A stretch of DNA of 64,000 nt, taken from IMG/VR virus record IMGVR_UViG_3300042469_000981. The stretch is one strand, 5' to 3'. Position numbers and translations under genes: made by a program. This stretch comes from a virus. This document shows positions 9,032-18,296 of the stretch, piece by piece. The notes below the pieces were generated by a model that worked only from the letters and a program-made list of their open reading frames with translations, was not told where the DNA came from and made no database searches. Every line of letters begins with the position of its first letter. The first letter of the stretch is position 1.

Positions 9032-9223
9032 TTATTTCTTCAACTCTTGGATTTCTGTATGAAGTGAATCAGCGTGAGCATTAACACTTTCAATAAGAGA
9101 ATCTGTGTTCATAGAATCTGAACAAGTTGAATCAGCACAAACTGAATCTTTAGATGAAGTTGAGGTTTCATTTGAGCAAGAAGCCAAAGTAACCAATGCG
9201 GCGATAAATAATACTTTTTTCAT
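9032..9223 (-). CDS. Small lipoprotein
   Basis: Start re-called at MKKVLFIAA; lipobox LASC. Confidence 0.6.
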   Translation of the reverse strand: MKKVLFIAALVTLASCSNETSTSSKDSVCADSTCSDSMNTDSLIESVNAHADSLHTEIQELKK

Positions 9224-9253
9224 TTTGATATAAATATATAATTTTTTAATTTG

Positions 9254-9339
9254 TACTACTGGCCGGGATCGAACCGGCACGAACATTACTGTTCACGGGA
9301 TTTTAAGTCCCGCGCGTCTACCTATTCCGCCACAGTAGC
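9254..9339 (-). tRNA. tRNA-Leu(TAA)
   Basis: CGGGA-CTTAAAA-TCCCG, long variable arm, GGTTCGATCC. Confidence 0.93.
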
Positions 9340-9356
9340 AATTTTTAATTATGTGA

Positions 9357-9388
9357 TAAATATAAGAACTAATTTTTACTAAACCAAG
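9357..9388 (-). promoter_or_regulatory. Bacteroidota-type promoter driving the tRNA array
   Basis: CTTG-N20-TATATTTA. Confidence 0.65.
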
Positions 9389-9403
9389 CTTGAATACCTT
9401 CCC

Positions 9404-10213
9404 TTACGCGGGAACGTACTCAAGAGCCAAATCATACAATTTCTCGTTCAATTCTAAGTCCTTATTGAAGTTCTTGATTTTACGAGCTTTACGTGTTTTA
9501 ACACCATACTGATAATTGAACATTCCGTGAACCAATTTTTCTTGAACTACATTGTACACACTCCACAAATCAGAACCGTTGTCTTCTTTACGAGTTGGAG
9601 TCAACAAATCTTTCAAATCGATTTTAATGTTATCCAATTCCTCATCTGTGAAACGAGTGGCGAGAGCCTTTTTAGCAAAATCAAGCATTTGATCTTGACC
9701 CATTTCAATTGAACGGAACTTGTTAAGTGACTCAACTGTCAAAGGCAATTTTTCAACCATTGTCTTGATAGTTTCTTGCAACTCTTCAAATGTGTAACCG
9801 TAGTGACGGATTTTCATGTTTTCAAACTCACGGCTTGAAACAACCAATCCATTTTCACAAACCATACGGAACAAACCAGCTGTGAAAGTAAATGCATTTT
9901 TACCGTCATGTGAATTTGTTAACAAAATTTGTGGAGACACATTATCACCATCTTCTGAAGTGATTTGAATCTCGTTGTTACGGAACACAACTAAGTGTTT
10001 TTGAAAGCCCATTGTATCCGCTTTACGGGCTTTAACCTCTTTAGCATCAACTACTCCCCAACCTAGAAGAGCCATGTCGTCGATGATTTTTTCAGTTGAA
10101 ATGTGAGCGTACTTGTCACTTACATTTGGCGCACCTTTTTCTGTGAAGATTGATTTGGCGCGATTTTTAATCTCTTTCTTGTCGATGAATTGTGAATTTT
10201 GAATGTCTAACAT
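9404..10213 (-). CDS. DUF932 (DUF945) family protein
   Basis: Motifs SDKYAHISTEKII, QKHLVVFR, ILLTNSHDG, AGLFRMVCENGLV, DLWSVYNVVQE. Confidence 0.85.
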   Translation of the reverse strand: MLDIQNSQFIDKKEIKNRAKSIFTEKGAPNVSDKYAHISTEKIIDDMALLGWGVVDAKEVKARKADTMGFQKHLVVFRNNEIQITSEDGDNVSPQILLTNSHDGKNAFTFTAGLFRMVCENGLVVSSREFENMKIRHYGYTFEELQETIKTMVEKLPLTVESLNKFRSIEMGQDQMLDFAKKALATRFTDEELDNIKIDLKDLLTPTRKEDNGSDLWSVYNVVQEKLVHGMFNYQYGVKTRKARKIKNFNKDLELNEKLYDLALEYVPA

Positions 10214-10246
10214 AACCTTAATTTTTTATCGTTTTTTATTATGACA

Positions 10247-10278
10247 TAAATATAACATACGGCTCCGGGTGAGCCAAA
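10247..10278 (-). promoter_or_regulatory. Bacteroidota-type promoter
   Basis: TTTG-N20-TATATTTA followed by TGTCATAATAA. Confidence 0.75.
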
Positions 10279-10307
10279 CAAGAGGTTAAGAAAGGTGAAG
10301 AGAGGTT

Positions 10308-10544
10308 TTAAATGTTACCTAAGTACAATATAAAGTCTTCTATAACCGCCTTATCGGCGTTATTAGCCACGTTCCTCATTTCCATCAACATCGTCATAGG
10401 ATCTACTTTAGACTCTAATATAAGGTTTTTGACAGGTTTAAGTACGCTTTCAGCCAACATATGTTGTTCTTGAGAATCATAATCCTCAATATCGTTTAGG
10501 TATAGTTGAATATACTCGTGTAAATTACTTTCCGATAATTTCAT
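10308..10544 (-). CDS. Hypothetical protein
   Basis: ORF coupled to the upstream gene. Confidence 0.55.
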   Translation of the reverse strand: MKLSESNLHEYIQLYLNDIEDYDSQEQHMLAESVLKPVKNLILESKVDPMTMLMEMRNVANNADKAVIEDFILYLGNI

Positions 10545-11007
10545 AAATTGTTTTCTTTATATGTTGAATAAATTCTTTTATTTTTTGAGCTTGTGAGTTT
10601 AACCAAGACAATCGTTCTCCCATTCTCTTACCTTCCATTGGTTTTTCTATATTTTCTGCTGGAATAAAACTTTCAAGTGGCTTCATATACTCTGAACCTG
10701 TTAAGAAAACAAACTTATCAGATTGAGGATTAACTCCCATTTTACCCATTTGATCTTTAACTGTTGAACCCCATTGATCTTTCTCATCTTTCTTCATAGT
10801 CTTAAGAGTTAAATCATAAGGTTCAATTTGTTTATCCATAGGTAATAAACCATACTTAGCAGATAAGATAAACATTTTATCAGGTTTAAGAGCTTCACCA
10901 TACACCTTTGTTTTTTGGAACATAGGAGAAGGTGAGTACATGTCTTTAGCTGGAGCTGGCTTATCCAACTTAGATTTGGTACAACTCAATAATACAATTT
11001 TAGCCAT
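10525..11007 (-). CDS. DUF6884-like protein (YaaA-related fold)
   Basis: IVLLSCTKSK...PAKDMY; FILSAKYGLL; IEPYDLTL; P+EG..MGERL.WL. Confidence 0.7.
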   Translation of the reverse strand: MAKIVLLSCTKSKLDKPAPAKDMYSPSPMFQKTKVYGEALKPDKMFILSAKYGLLPMDKQIEPYDLTLKTMKKDEKDQWGSTVKDQMGKMGVNPQSDKFVFLTGSEYMKPLESFIPAENIEKPMEGKRMGERLSWLNSQAQKIKEFIQHIKKTIYEIIGK

Positions 11008-11021
11008 ATATTATAAATATG

Positions 11022-11747
11022 TTAGAAAGGTAATTCAATATCAATATCCTCAAAAACATACTTATCTAGAATGTATTTAGTATAAATTGTTCCATTACTT
11101 TGTTCTGCTGTTATAGATTTATTCTTTGATCGAATACATTTAACAATTTTAAAGTAATTATCCCAATCTATGCTTTGTATGTCTTGAAAATGTTTATATT
11201 GTTTTCCTACTCTAGTATCTGTTCCATACATCATTTTAGCAGCTAAAATAATACTAGGATGAGTGATTTTAATAGTAGTTCCAAAATAATCTAATTCAAA
11301 CCAATCTTTTGCTTTAAGATAATTTTTATTAAAAAAATCTACTTTATAGTATTTTTCCTTAAAATCTTTAAGAGTATCTCCTAATGATGAATACTCTGAT
11401 AATGAGTATTCTTGGTACTTACAATTATGTTCTAATATAATTAAGTCTTTTTTAAGACTTTCAATAGGAGATTTTAGTTTAATTGTATCACCTTCTTCTT
11501 CATAATCATTGCTACTCCTAGTAATACACAAATCAAAAAAATCAAGTAATGTTAAAAATTCTTTTTCATCAAATGGTTCTGTTAAACTAAAATCTAAATC
11601 TGGATCTCGTTTTTCAAAATCATATTCCATCATTTTAAGGATATACAAAGCCAAACTTCCACCTAACACAAACTTATTATGTATAGTCATTAATGGGATT
11701 ATTTTTTCTTCCCATTTTTCAGGTAATCTATTTAGTAAATGTTCCAT
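11022..11747 (-). CDS. Putative nucleotidyltransferase-fold protein
   Basis: VLGGSLAL...DPDLDF; later helix ILAAK...KHFQD. Confidence 0.55.
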   Translation of the reverse strand: MEHLLNRLPEKWEEKIIPLMTIHNKFVLGGSLALYILKMMEYDFEKRDPDLDFSLTEPFDEKEFLTLLDFFDLCITRSSNDYEEEGDTIKLKSPIESLKKDLIILEHNCKYQEYSLSEYSSLGDTLKDFKEKYYKVDFFNKNYLKAKDWFELDYFGTTIKITHPSIILAAKMMYGTDTRVGKQYKHFQDIQSIDWDNYFKIVKCIRSKNKSITAEQSNGTIYTKYILDKYVFEDIDIELPF

Positions 11748-12928
11748 TATCTTACAATTTTTATTTTAGCACCTGGTAAATCATTATTTATATCATGGCC
11801 TGAACTATGAACCCAAAGCATAGGCTTCATAGGTTGAGTTTTAGGAGAGCAACATTCACCATCAGTTAAATAAATCAAATTAGCATATTCATTTCTATGT
11901 TCTGATAGGTATTGCATCACTGGTTCAAAATCAGTACCACCTCTACCTTGTACTTCAATTTCTTCTCTTTGACCTTTATATTCATAAACTCTTTGAACCT
12001 TAGCATCACATTCAATAATATCAACATAAGTACCTGATTTATATATGTGATAAATTTCATTAAAGAATTCTACTAAATCATCATTACTAACAGAACCTGA
12101 AGTATCAATAGCAACCAATGTTCTTTTCTTTTGTTTTATTTTAAGGGCAGGACCCGTATTGAAACGTCTGTTCGGCTTACGACGAGTCTTTTTAGTATAG
12201 ACCATAGTAGACATACTATTAAAACGTCTAAGGTATGACTTCCAATCAATAACAGGTTCAACAATCTCAAATAAAGAATCAATATAATCTTTCATTTCAG
12301 ATGGAACCAAACCTCTACCAGAACCTTTTTTCTCTAAAGTATCAGTTACATCTTTTAGTTGGTGGTCAATTTGTTTAGCAATAAGTTTCTTTTCAGCCTC
12401 ACTTAAACCTTCAACACCATCTAAATCTAAAACAAACTCACTACCTTCACCAGCCATTTTAGCTACATCACCATCAGGATTGTCTTGAATTTCTTGCATC
12501 AACTTACCATAATAATAATCTGTACCTTTTCTAGGTTCTAAATTAAGTGGTTTAAAAGTAGGACCATCAATTTCTAAACCATCCCAAGCCTCACCTTTCA
12601 TGTCAGAGTTAATATATTGGTTGATTTCTAAATCAGCCGCCATATTATACACTTTCTTATTATCAAAACGATCCCAATTAGTTAAATGAAAGAAACAAAT
12701 ATGAAGTAACTCATGTTTAAGTACTCCCAATTTAGTTTTATCATCTAATGTAGCCCAAAAATCTGGATTAACTTTTAGTTTAGTATTAATCTTGTCTGGT
12801 GTAACACAAGCTGTTTGAATATTTTTATCTAACTCTTTATTTAAAGAGATGAGTACTAAACCATAAAATGGTTCTTTAAGCATTAGATGCTTAGAAAATT
12901 TTGCGATTTCTTCGTATGTATTATTCAT
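11747..12928 (-). CDS. DUF2201-like HExxH metallopeptidase plus vWA domain protein
   Basis: LKHELLH, NMAADLEIN, VAIDTSGSV (MIDAS), GRGGTDF, LIYLTDG. Confidence 0.88.
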   Translation of the reverse strand: MNNTYEEIAKFSKHLMLKEPFYGLVLISLNKELDKNIQTACVTPDKINTKLKVNPDFWATLDDKTKLGVLKHELLHICFFHLTNWDRFDNKKVYNMAADLEINQYINSDMKGEAWDGLEIDGPTFKPLNLEPRKGTDYYYGKLMQEIQDNPDGDVAKMAGEGSEFVLDLDGVEGLSEAEKKLIAKQIDHQLKDVTDTLEKKGSGRGLVPSEMKDYIDSLFEIVEPVIDWKSYLRRFNSMSTMVYTKKTRRKPNRRFNTGPALKIKQKKRTLVAIDTSGSVSNDDLVEFFNEIYHIYKSGTYVDIIECDAKVQRVYEYKGQREEIEVQGRGGTDFEPVMQYLSEHRNEYANLIYLTDGECCSPKTQPMKPMLWVHSSGHDINNDLPGAKIKIVR

Positions 12929-12940
12929 AACCTATTTATA

Positions 12941-12972
12941 TTAATATAACAAAAAATAGCCCGAAGGCCAAA
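12941..12972 (-). promoter_or_regulatory. Promoter overlapping a terminator-like hairpin
   Basis: TTTG-N20-TATATTAA; GGCC-TTCG-GGCT followed by ATTTTTT. Confidence 0.7.
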
Positions 12973-12974
12973 TC

Positions 12975-14069
12975 TTATTTTCTGTTGTGAAGTGATATTT
13001 TAAAGTTATCTATTTGTAACATACAACCTTTAAAACCAAATCCATTTTCTGCTAAATGTCTATTAATATTTTGTAAAACAAATTGTTCAATGATCTCCTT
13101 AGCTCCTTTATCATTAGCATAGTTTTTATATAAACCAGCACTAAATGGTCTATAATCTCGTTTCCAATCAATCCCTTTATTTAAAAAATAACGGTCTAGT
13201 GTTTTATATGCTTGACTACCTGTATTACCATTTCCCCAATTCATATTACTACTATGTTTATTTAATAAAAGGGCAATTGTTAAACCATATTTATTTAAAT
13301 TAACATTAGACATCATTTCAATAGCTAATCTAATATTGTCTGGTTCTTTACTACTAAACATACTATCTAAAGTATTAACATAATCATCATCTAAGTCAAT
13401 ACCATCTGAGTTAAGTGTTTCTAAGATGTTATCATCCCAAATAATATTACCATGTGGATTTAGAAAATAAAGTTTAATAGTATCAAATACATCTTGAATA
13501 TTTTTTGTTCTGTAAGTATGTTGTTCATGATAATCTTCCCAGACTAAATTTCCTAATGCTTGTTTAAAATCAGATGGATAATCAATATAATCACTGTAGT
13601 TTATAAGTAAACTATATTTTTTTACAAAAAACTCTTCATATTGTTTTACGTAGTTAGGTCGACCACTATTATACTTGTTAATAGTATCTAATAAATCTTT
13701 AGTAAAAGGAACATTAACAATTTTTACTTCTTTACAATTATCAAACCATTTGTAAACATCATTAATAATTTTTTTATCAAAAATAACAGTATCTGAATTT
13801 TCAATAATAGTTGTTTTCTTGATTTTATTTTCCTCTACAAGCATTTTAATTTTATGACGAGGAGCATTAGAACCTTTACCCACATAAATTGTTTTACCTA
13901 TTTTACCATTACCCTCATTATTGAAGATAGTTTTAATGTTGGCTTTATGTTTTTCTAGTTCATCTTTAGTATAAAAAGATTTATGATTACCATCATACCA
14001 ACTGGTGTAAAAATACCCATTATTACCAGGATTACTAAATTTAGGTGAAATACATTTTTCTATTTTCAT
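12975..14069 (-). CDS. Hypothetical protein with possible BRCT-like N-terminal region
   Basis: KTIYVGKGSNAPRHKIK...IKKTTIIENSDTVIF; lies between the MoxR and vWA genes. Confidence 0.45.
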   Translation of the reverse strand: MKIEKCISPKFSNPGNNGYFYTSWYDGNHKSFYTKDELEKHKANIKTIFNNEGNGKIGKTIYVGKGSNAPRHKIKMLVEENKIKKTTIIENSDTVIFDKKIINDVYKWFDNCKEVKIVNVPFTKDLLDTINKYNSGRPNYVKQYEEFFVKKYSLLINYSDYIDYPSDFKQALGNLVWEDYHEQHTYRTKNIQDVFDTIKLYFLNPHGNIIWDDNILETLNSDGIDLDDDYVNTLDSMFSSKEPDNIRLAIEMMSNVNLNKYGLTIALLLNKHSSNMNWGNGNTGSQAYKTLDRYFLNKGIDWKRDYRPFSAGLYKNYANDKGAKEIIEQFVLQNINRHLAENGFGFKGCMLQIDNFKISLHNRK

Positions 14070-14083
14070 AACTTTTATTTATT

Positions 14084-14120
14084 TAAATATAACAAAGGGG
14101 ATTTGGATAGCCAAACCCCC
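14084..14120 (-). promoter_or_regulatory. Promoter overlapping a terminator-like hairpin
   Basis: TTTG-N20-TATATTTA; stem GGGGTTTGG-CTAT-CCAAATCCCC followed by TTTGTT. Confidence 0.7.
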
Positions 14121-14131
14121 AATGTCGGATC

Positions 14132-15307
14132 TTATTTCATAATATATTTTACTAACTCTTTATCCATAATCATGGTTTTAAATTTACTCATATTATTATT
14201 GTAAATTGACTTAACCATATTATAACAAATATCAGTAGTAAAAATTTCTTCAGTAACTAGTTTAGAAATTCTATTAATGGTATCTTTTTCAACTGGATTA
14301 TTTTTAGAATAAAAATCCAAATAGTTTATAACCCTAGTAGATAATGTTGAGGCAATATCTGCTCTATATTTAGCATCTTTACCAACTAAACCTTTCAAAG
14401 TAGTCATAACATATTTTTCATCCTGTTTAAAGATATTCTCAGGTGAAATCATTTTGTCCAACTTGTTATTAATAAACATAGTAAACAAACTACTAAATTC
14501 TGGTCCAACTGAACCCTCTCCAATCATTTGAATCAAAGGCAAACTATCATCAAACGATTTAAGTGAAGAAATAGAATTAAAGAACATAGATACACTTCTA
14601 CTATTAACATCTGTAGTAACTAGTTCTGGATGCATCAATAGGAAGTTAATACATCGACCATCAATATCATTCTCCTCAGCCCACTTACCCCAACAATCAA
14701 TATCAAATTTCAAGTTGACACTAATAAATCGAGTCTTTTGAGCATTATCAATACTATTAACTAAATAATCTCCATTATCAGGATTGGCAGTAAGAATAAT
14801 ATGCCAATCTTTAGGCAATGACCAACTAACATATTGTTGACGGTCAATAAGTTCCATAATAGCTTGAATAAACCTAACATCAGCTCTATTCCAGTCATCC
14901 AAAAGCAAAATTCCACCTTTTTCTTTATTAGCAATCCATTCAGGTGGGCAATAACTCATTCTGTTTTGACCAGTTGAATTATACCCTAGTTTAAGGTATT
15001 CATCTAATGTATGTTCATCAATCCAAGTCTTTTCATTATTGATTTCAACTTCAAATTGACGGATTGGAAAACCTACCAAGTCACCAATTTCTTCAATTTG
15101 GGCTAAGTTCAACTTAACAAAGTTAAGATTCTGTTCTTTTGCCAATTGAATAATGGCTGATGTTTTACCAATACCACTCTCACCAATTACTTCTACACTA
15201 ACAGGTGACTTACCTTGTTCTTGCAAATAACGATTATTTGCGATGATGTGACCTAAGAAATCCTTAAGTTCGTTTACGTTGATTGAAATAAGATCCTTTT
15301 TTTTCAT
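14132..15307 (-). CDS. MoxR-like AAA+ ATPase
   Basis: Walker A GESGIGKT, Walker B ILLLDD, sensor ILTANP, Arg finger AQKTRF. Confidence 0.88.
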   Translation of the reverse strand: MKKKDLISINVNELKDFLGHIIANNRYLQEQGKSPVSVEVIGESGIGKTSAIIQLAKEQNLNFVKLNLAQIEEIGDLVGFPIRQFEVEINNEKTWIDEHTLDEYLKLGYNSTGQNRMSYCPPEWIANKEKGGILLLDDWNRADVRFIQAIMELIDRQQYVSWSLPKDWHIILTANPDNGDYLVNSIDNAQKTRFISVNLKFDIDCWGKWAEENDIDGRCINFLLMHPELVTTDVNSRSVSMFFNSISSLKSFDDSLPLIQMIGEGSVGPEFSSLFTMFINNKLDKMISPENIFKQDEKYVMTTLKGLVGKDAKYRADIASTLSTRVINYLDFYSKNNPVEKDTINRISKLVTEEIFTTDICYNMVKSIYNNNMSKFKTMIMDKELVKYIMK

Positions 15308-15333
15308 AACTTTTATTTATTATTTTTTATTTA

Positions 15334-15504
15334 TTATTTAACTTCTTCCTCTTTTCCGAAAAAAATACTTCCGAAAGAAAACCCAAAACAAAATAGAGCA
15401 GCCAATTCTAAAGTTTCAAGACCCAATTGTCCAAATCCCATAGCGATCAAAAATGAACTAACTCCCAAAATCGCCAATTTGTTGTTTTTGCTAATGTTTT
15501 TCAT
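15334..15504 (-). CDS. Small 2-TM protein (56 aa, not in the ORF track)
   Basis: Manual translation MKNISKNNKLAILGVSSFLIAMGFGQ...; has its own promoter. Confidence 0.6.
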   Translation of the reverse strand: MKNISKNNKLAILGVSSFLIAMGFGQLGLETLELAALFCFGFSFGSIFFGKEEEVK

Positions 15505-15531
15505 AACCTTTTATCGTTTTTTATTATGACA

Positions 15532-15563
15532 TAAATATAACATCCCATGTTGATGAGGCCAAA
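15532..15563 (-). promoter_or_regulatory. Bacteroidota-type promoter
   Basis: TTTG-N20-TATATTTA-TGTCATAATAA. Confidence 0.75.
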
Positions 15564-15662
15564 CCTTTCTTTTCTTTCTCCACAAATTTGGCTTGCCCTT
15601 CCCCAACCCATCTATCCGTATATACTAATATATAATATTACATTGGATAAATAAACTAGCCA

Positions 15663-16205
15663 TTAGTCTAGTCTACCAAACATAGGTCCCATTTCCCTAA
15701 CCAATTGAATCGCCTCGGATAAATCAATATCAAAAAACTCACGGTCATTACGAATCCTAACATCGTTTAGCTTCAAATGAATAGCCTGTTCAAAATCATA
15801 TGGACGAGAACATTTATAATCAAAAGCCAAATCCCAATCATTAACAACACCAGCACCATTTATTTTTTGCAAACGATATTGTGGTGATGAGGTAGTAAAA
15901 CCAATTTTACAATTTCCAGGATACTGTTTATTAGTCAGGATATACACATATCCGCCAAGTCCATTCTTACGTGACTCGTCAGTGTTATGAGAACCTATAT
16001 AACGGAAATAAAGAATATCCTCCCACCCGTCACCTAAAGGTGAAGGTACTCTTGTATGGTGAGTGACTTTAGTTAAGCGATGACCCCCATCTCCATCCGG
16101 CTTGATATTAACAGGAACAAACTCGGGATTGTCTAAAATCTTTTCGGGTGGGAAAAAGATACTCATTATATAGTGGGATTTATAGTTTGCATGACAGTTG
16201 TCCAA
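15663..16205 (-). CDS. T5orf172/GIY-YIG domain protein
   Basis: GGYVYILTN...CKIGFTT...RL; EQAIH..L; REFF. Confidence 0.8.
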   Translation of the reverse strand: MDNCHANYKSHYIMSIFFPPEKILDNPEFVPVNIKPDGDGGHRLTKVTHHTRVPSPLGDGWEDILYFRYIGSHNTDESRKNGLGGYVYILTNKQYPGNCKIGFTTSSPQYRLQKINGAGVVNDWDLAFDYKCSRPYDFEQAIHLKLNDVRIRNDREFFDIDLSEAIQLVREMGPMFGRLD

Positions 16206-16361
16206 TCAATCATGTTAGTGGTTAATATACCGTGTTTAACACGTATAAACGCACTGAACCGTGCCTGGTAATCATTGCAAGGTGATGATTTAAGAGAGGA
16301 CAAACAGTCGGGACAGTTCTGGATTATTTTGATTGCTTTGAGAGTGATTTCATTCATAACC

Positions 16362-16559
16362 TTACTTGCCAAATTGTTTAAACTGTTCATAAACAAAATC
16401 AACCATAATATCTTGGTTTGTGTTTGGGTAATGGTGAACCAAATACTTTACAAAACGTAAACGTTCTTGACCTTCTTCCATTAACTCGGGGTGGTGAACT
16501 TCTACCATAGCATCACTTAACATGCTTTGAATTACTAAACTTACTCTAACTTTATCCAT
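16362..16559 (-). CDS. Hypothetical protein
   Basis: Start re-called at MDKVRV, downstream of a promoter. Confidence 0.55.
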   Translation of the reverse strand: MDKVRVSLVIQSMLSDAMVEVHHPELMEEGQERLRFVKYLVHHYPNTNQDIMVDFVYEQFKQFGK

Positions 16560-16574
16560 AACCTTTATTATACT

Positions 16575-16606
16575 TAAATATAACATCCCTCTCTTCAAGA
16601 GCCAAA
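16575..16606 (-). promoter_or_regulatory. Bacteroidota-type promoter
   Basis: TTTG-N20-TATATTTA. Confidence 0.72.
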
Positions 16607-16689
16607 CATTTTGTTTAACCATCTGGATATCTTTTTGAATATCCAAACAATTGTGTAGCACCAACAGAAAATATAAAACAACATCATCA

Positions 16690-17226
16690 TTATTTTACCT
16701 CAAAACCAAACCAAACTGAACGATATAATCCAAGCGCATTCTCATTTGTATTAGCATATAATACTCCATTTATTACTGCTACTGCATGTCCTTGAATAAT
16801 TAATACAAATCGACCTACTGGATTATTTTCGATAAATGATTTTACTGTATATCCTGTTTGTTTTTTGTACTTAGGATTAGTCAATATTTTATTACTTCCG
16901 GTAACTTTCTGCCAACATACTTTAGCTGGATTTAAACCCATAAATCCAATTTTGTAACCATTTTTTGTTTTGCCTTCAATCAATTGAATAGCTTTACCTG
17001 TGTAAGTACCTTTACAATCTTCACGGTTCATATTCTTTTTAACCCATGCGTGCGCTTGATCATATGGAATATCTAAAGCAGCCATAAACGCTCTAACAAC
17101 ACAATCATTATTCTCTTTTTTAGCTAAATCACTTTGTTTTTTAGCTAATTTAATAGTATCAACAAACAAACCTTTTTTTAAAACCTCAATTTCTTTTCCG
17201 AAGTGATTTATTTTTTCTGTGATCAT
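16690..17226 (-). CDS. Hypothetical phage protein (NDCVVRA...H motif, possible papain-like Cys/His fold)
   Basis: NDCVVRAFMAALDIPY and IQGHAVAV. Confidence 0.5.
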   Translation of the reverse strand: MITEKINHFGKEIEVLKKGLFVDTIKLAKKQSDLAKKENNDCVVRAFMAALDIPYDQAHAWVKKNMNREDCKGTYTGKAIQLIEGKTKNGYKIGFMGLNPAKVCWQKVTGSNKILTNPKYKKQTGYTVKSFIENNPVGRFVLIIQGHAVAVINGVLYANTNENALGLYRSVWFGFEVK

Positions 17227-17244
17227 ATAACCTTTATTATGACA

Positions 17245-17276
17245 TAAATATATGTATATATTCTTGGGAGGCCAAA
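17245..17276 (-). promoter_or_regulatory. Bacteroidota-type promoter
   Basis: TTTG-N20-TATATTTA-TGTCATAATAA. Confidence 0.72.
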
Positions 17277-17455
17277 CTTCTTTTTAAGATCTCTTCTTTT
17301 GTTCCTTTGGATTTTTAAAAAAATTGCCCATATGGAAACTGTGGGGTGATGTGGGGGATATAAGTATATACTTGTCGATGGGTTAGTTTTTATTTACGAT
17401 CTAAAAATCGATCTAATGCCCTTTTTCCACATATCCAACATTACGGTGATATCAA

Positions 17456-17518
17456 CGCACGTGGTCTATATTACGTGCACCGTACGTACGTACGCAGGCA
17501 GTACACCGTACGGCGTAC
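17456..17518. repeat. GC-rich palindrome cluster
   Basis: gcacgt..acgtgc inverted repeat; perfect 14-mer cgtacgtacgtacg (17481-17494); near-palindrome gtacaccgtacggcgtac (17501-17518). Confidence 0.85.
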
Positions 17519-17552
17519 CACCCTATAATAAAATAAAATAAAGGTCCTGTTT

Positions 17553-17693
17553 TTAAAATCCCGCGGCTTTGTAAAGGGCAATCACGGTGGCGGCTAAAAA
17601 CAACACAACCGATGCTAGTGCTGTTGTTCCAATCAGTGTTTGTTTAAATGCACTTGTTAGTGTATTGTTTTTAATTACTGTTTTCATCATCAT
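17553..17693 (-). CDS. Small membrane protein
   Basis: C-terminal TM; has its own promoter. Confidence 0.55.
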   Translation of the reverse strand: MMMKTVIKNNTLTSAFKQTLIGTTALASVVLFLAATVIALYKAAGF

Positions 17694-17710
17694 ATTATTT
17701 TTATTGTACT

Positions 17711-17742
17711 TAAATATAACATCTGTGTTTGGTGAGGCCAAA
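17711..17742 (-). promoter_or_regulatory. Bacteroidota-type promoter
   Basis: TTTG-N20-TATATTTA. Confidence 0.72.
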
Positions 17743-17743
17743 A

Positions 17744-18193
17744 TTAAGCAGCTATTACTTCAACCTCATTCATTACATAGGCTTTGTCGGCCCATGTTTT
17801 AGCATTAACAGCACTATATTGGAACTGATTATATAGGGCAGTTTTGCTTAGGTCCTGGTTAATATCACCTACAGTCATTTCACTCAACATTGCTTCTGCA
17901 ATCCATATTTTCTTACCTGAGCGAGCAAATACAGTAACCTCAAATTCATAATCATCAGCCTTCATAATGCGGGCAATAGATTGAATAGCTTTAACTTTGT
18001 AGTTGCGTAAGGCATTTATAGCGCTTGAAGTCTCAACAACGCTAGTAACCATAAACCCAGCTTGGCATTTAGTTATTACACGATATTTACCTGCATCACA
18101 TATTGACTCACCCTCACCGTCCTTGTTAAAGAAACCTAATACTTTCAAATCTCTGTTTTTAACCGCGATAACTAATTTGTTTGTGTTTTTCAT
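17744..18193 (-). CDS. Hypothetical (probably early) protein
   Basis: 149-aa ORF with its own promoter. Confidence 0.65.
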   Translation of the reverse strand: MKNTNKLVIAVKNRDLKVLGFFNKDGEGESICDAGKYRVITKCQAGFMVTSVVETSSAINALRNYKVKAIQSIARIMKADDYEFEVTVFARSGKKIWIAEAMLSEMTVGDINQDLSKTALYNQFQYSAVNAKTWADKAYVMNEVEVIAA

Positions 18194-18219
18194 AACCTTT
18201 ATTTATTTTTATTATGCTA

Positions 18220-18251
18220 TAAATATAACATCACCCATCGCGAAGGCCAAG
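18220..18251 (-). promoter_or_regulatory. Bacteroidota-type promoter
   Basis: CTTG-N20-TATATTTA-TAGCATAATAA. Confidence 0.72.
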
Positions 18252-18296
18252 CGAGAGGTGCGAGGTTTTTAAGAGAGGTATATATTTTTTTATATA

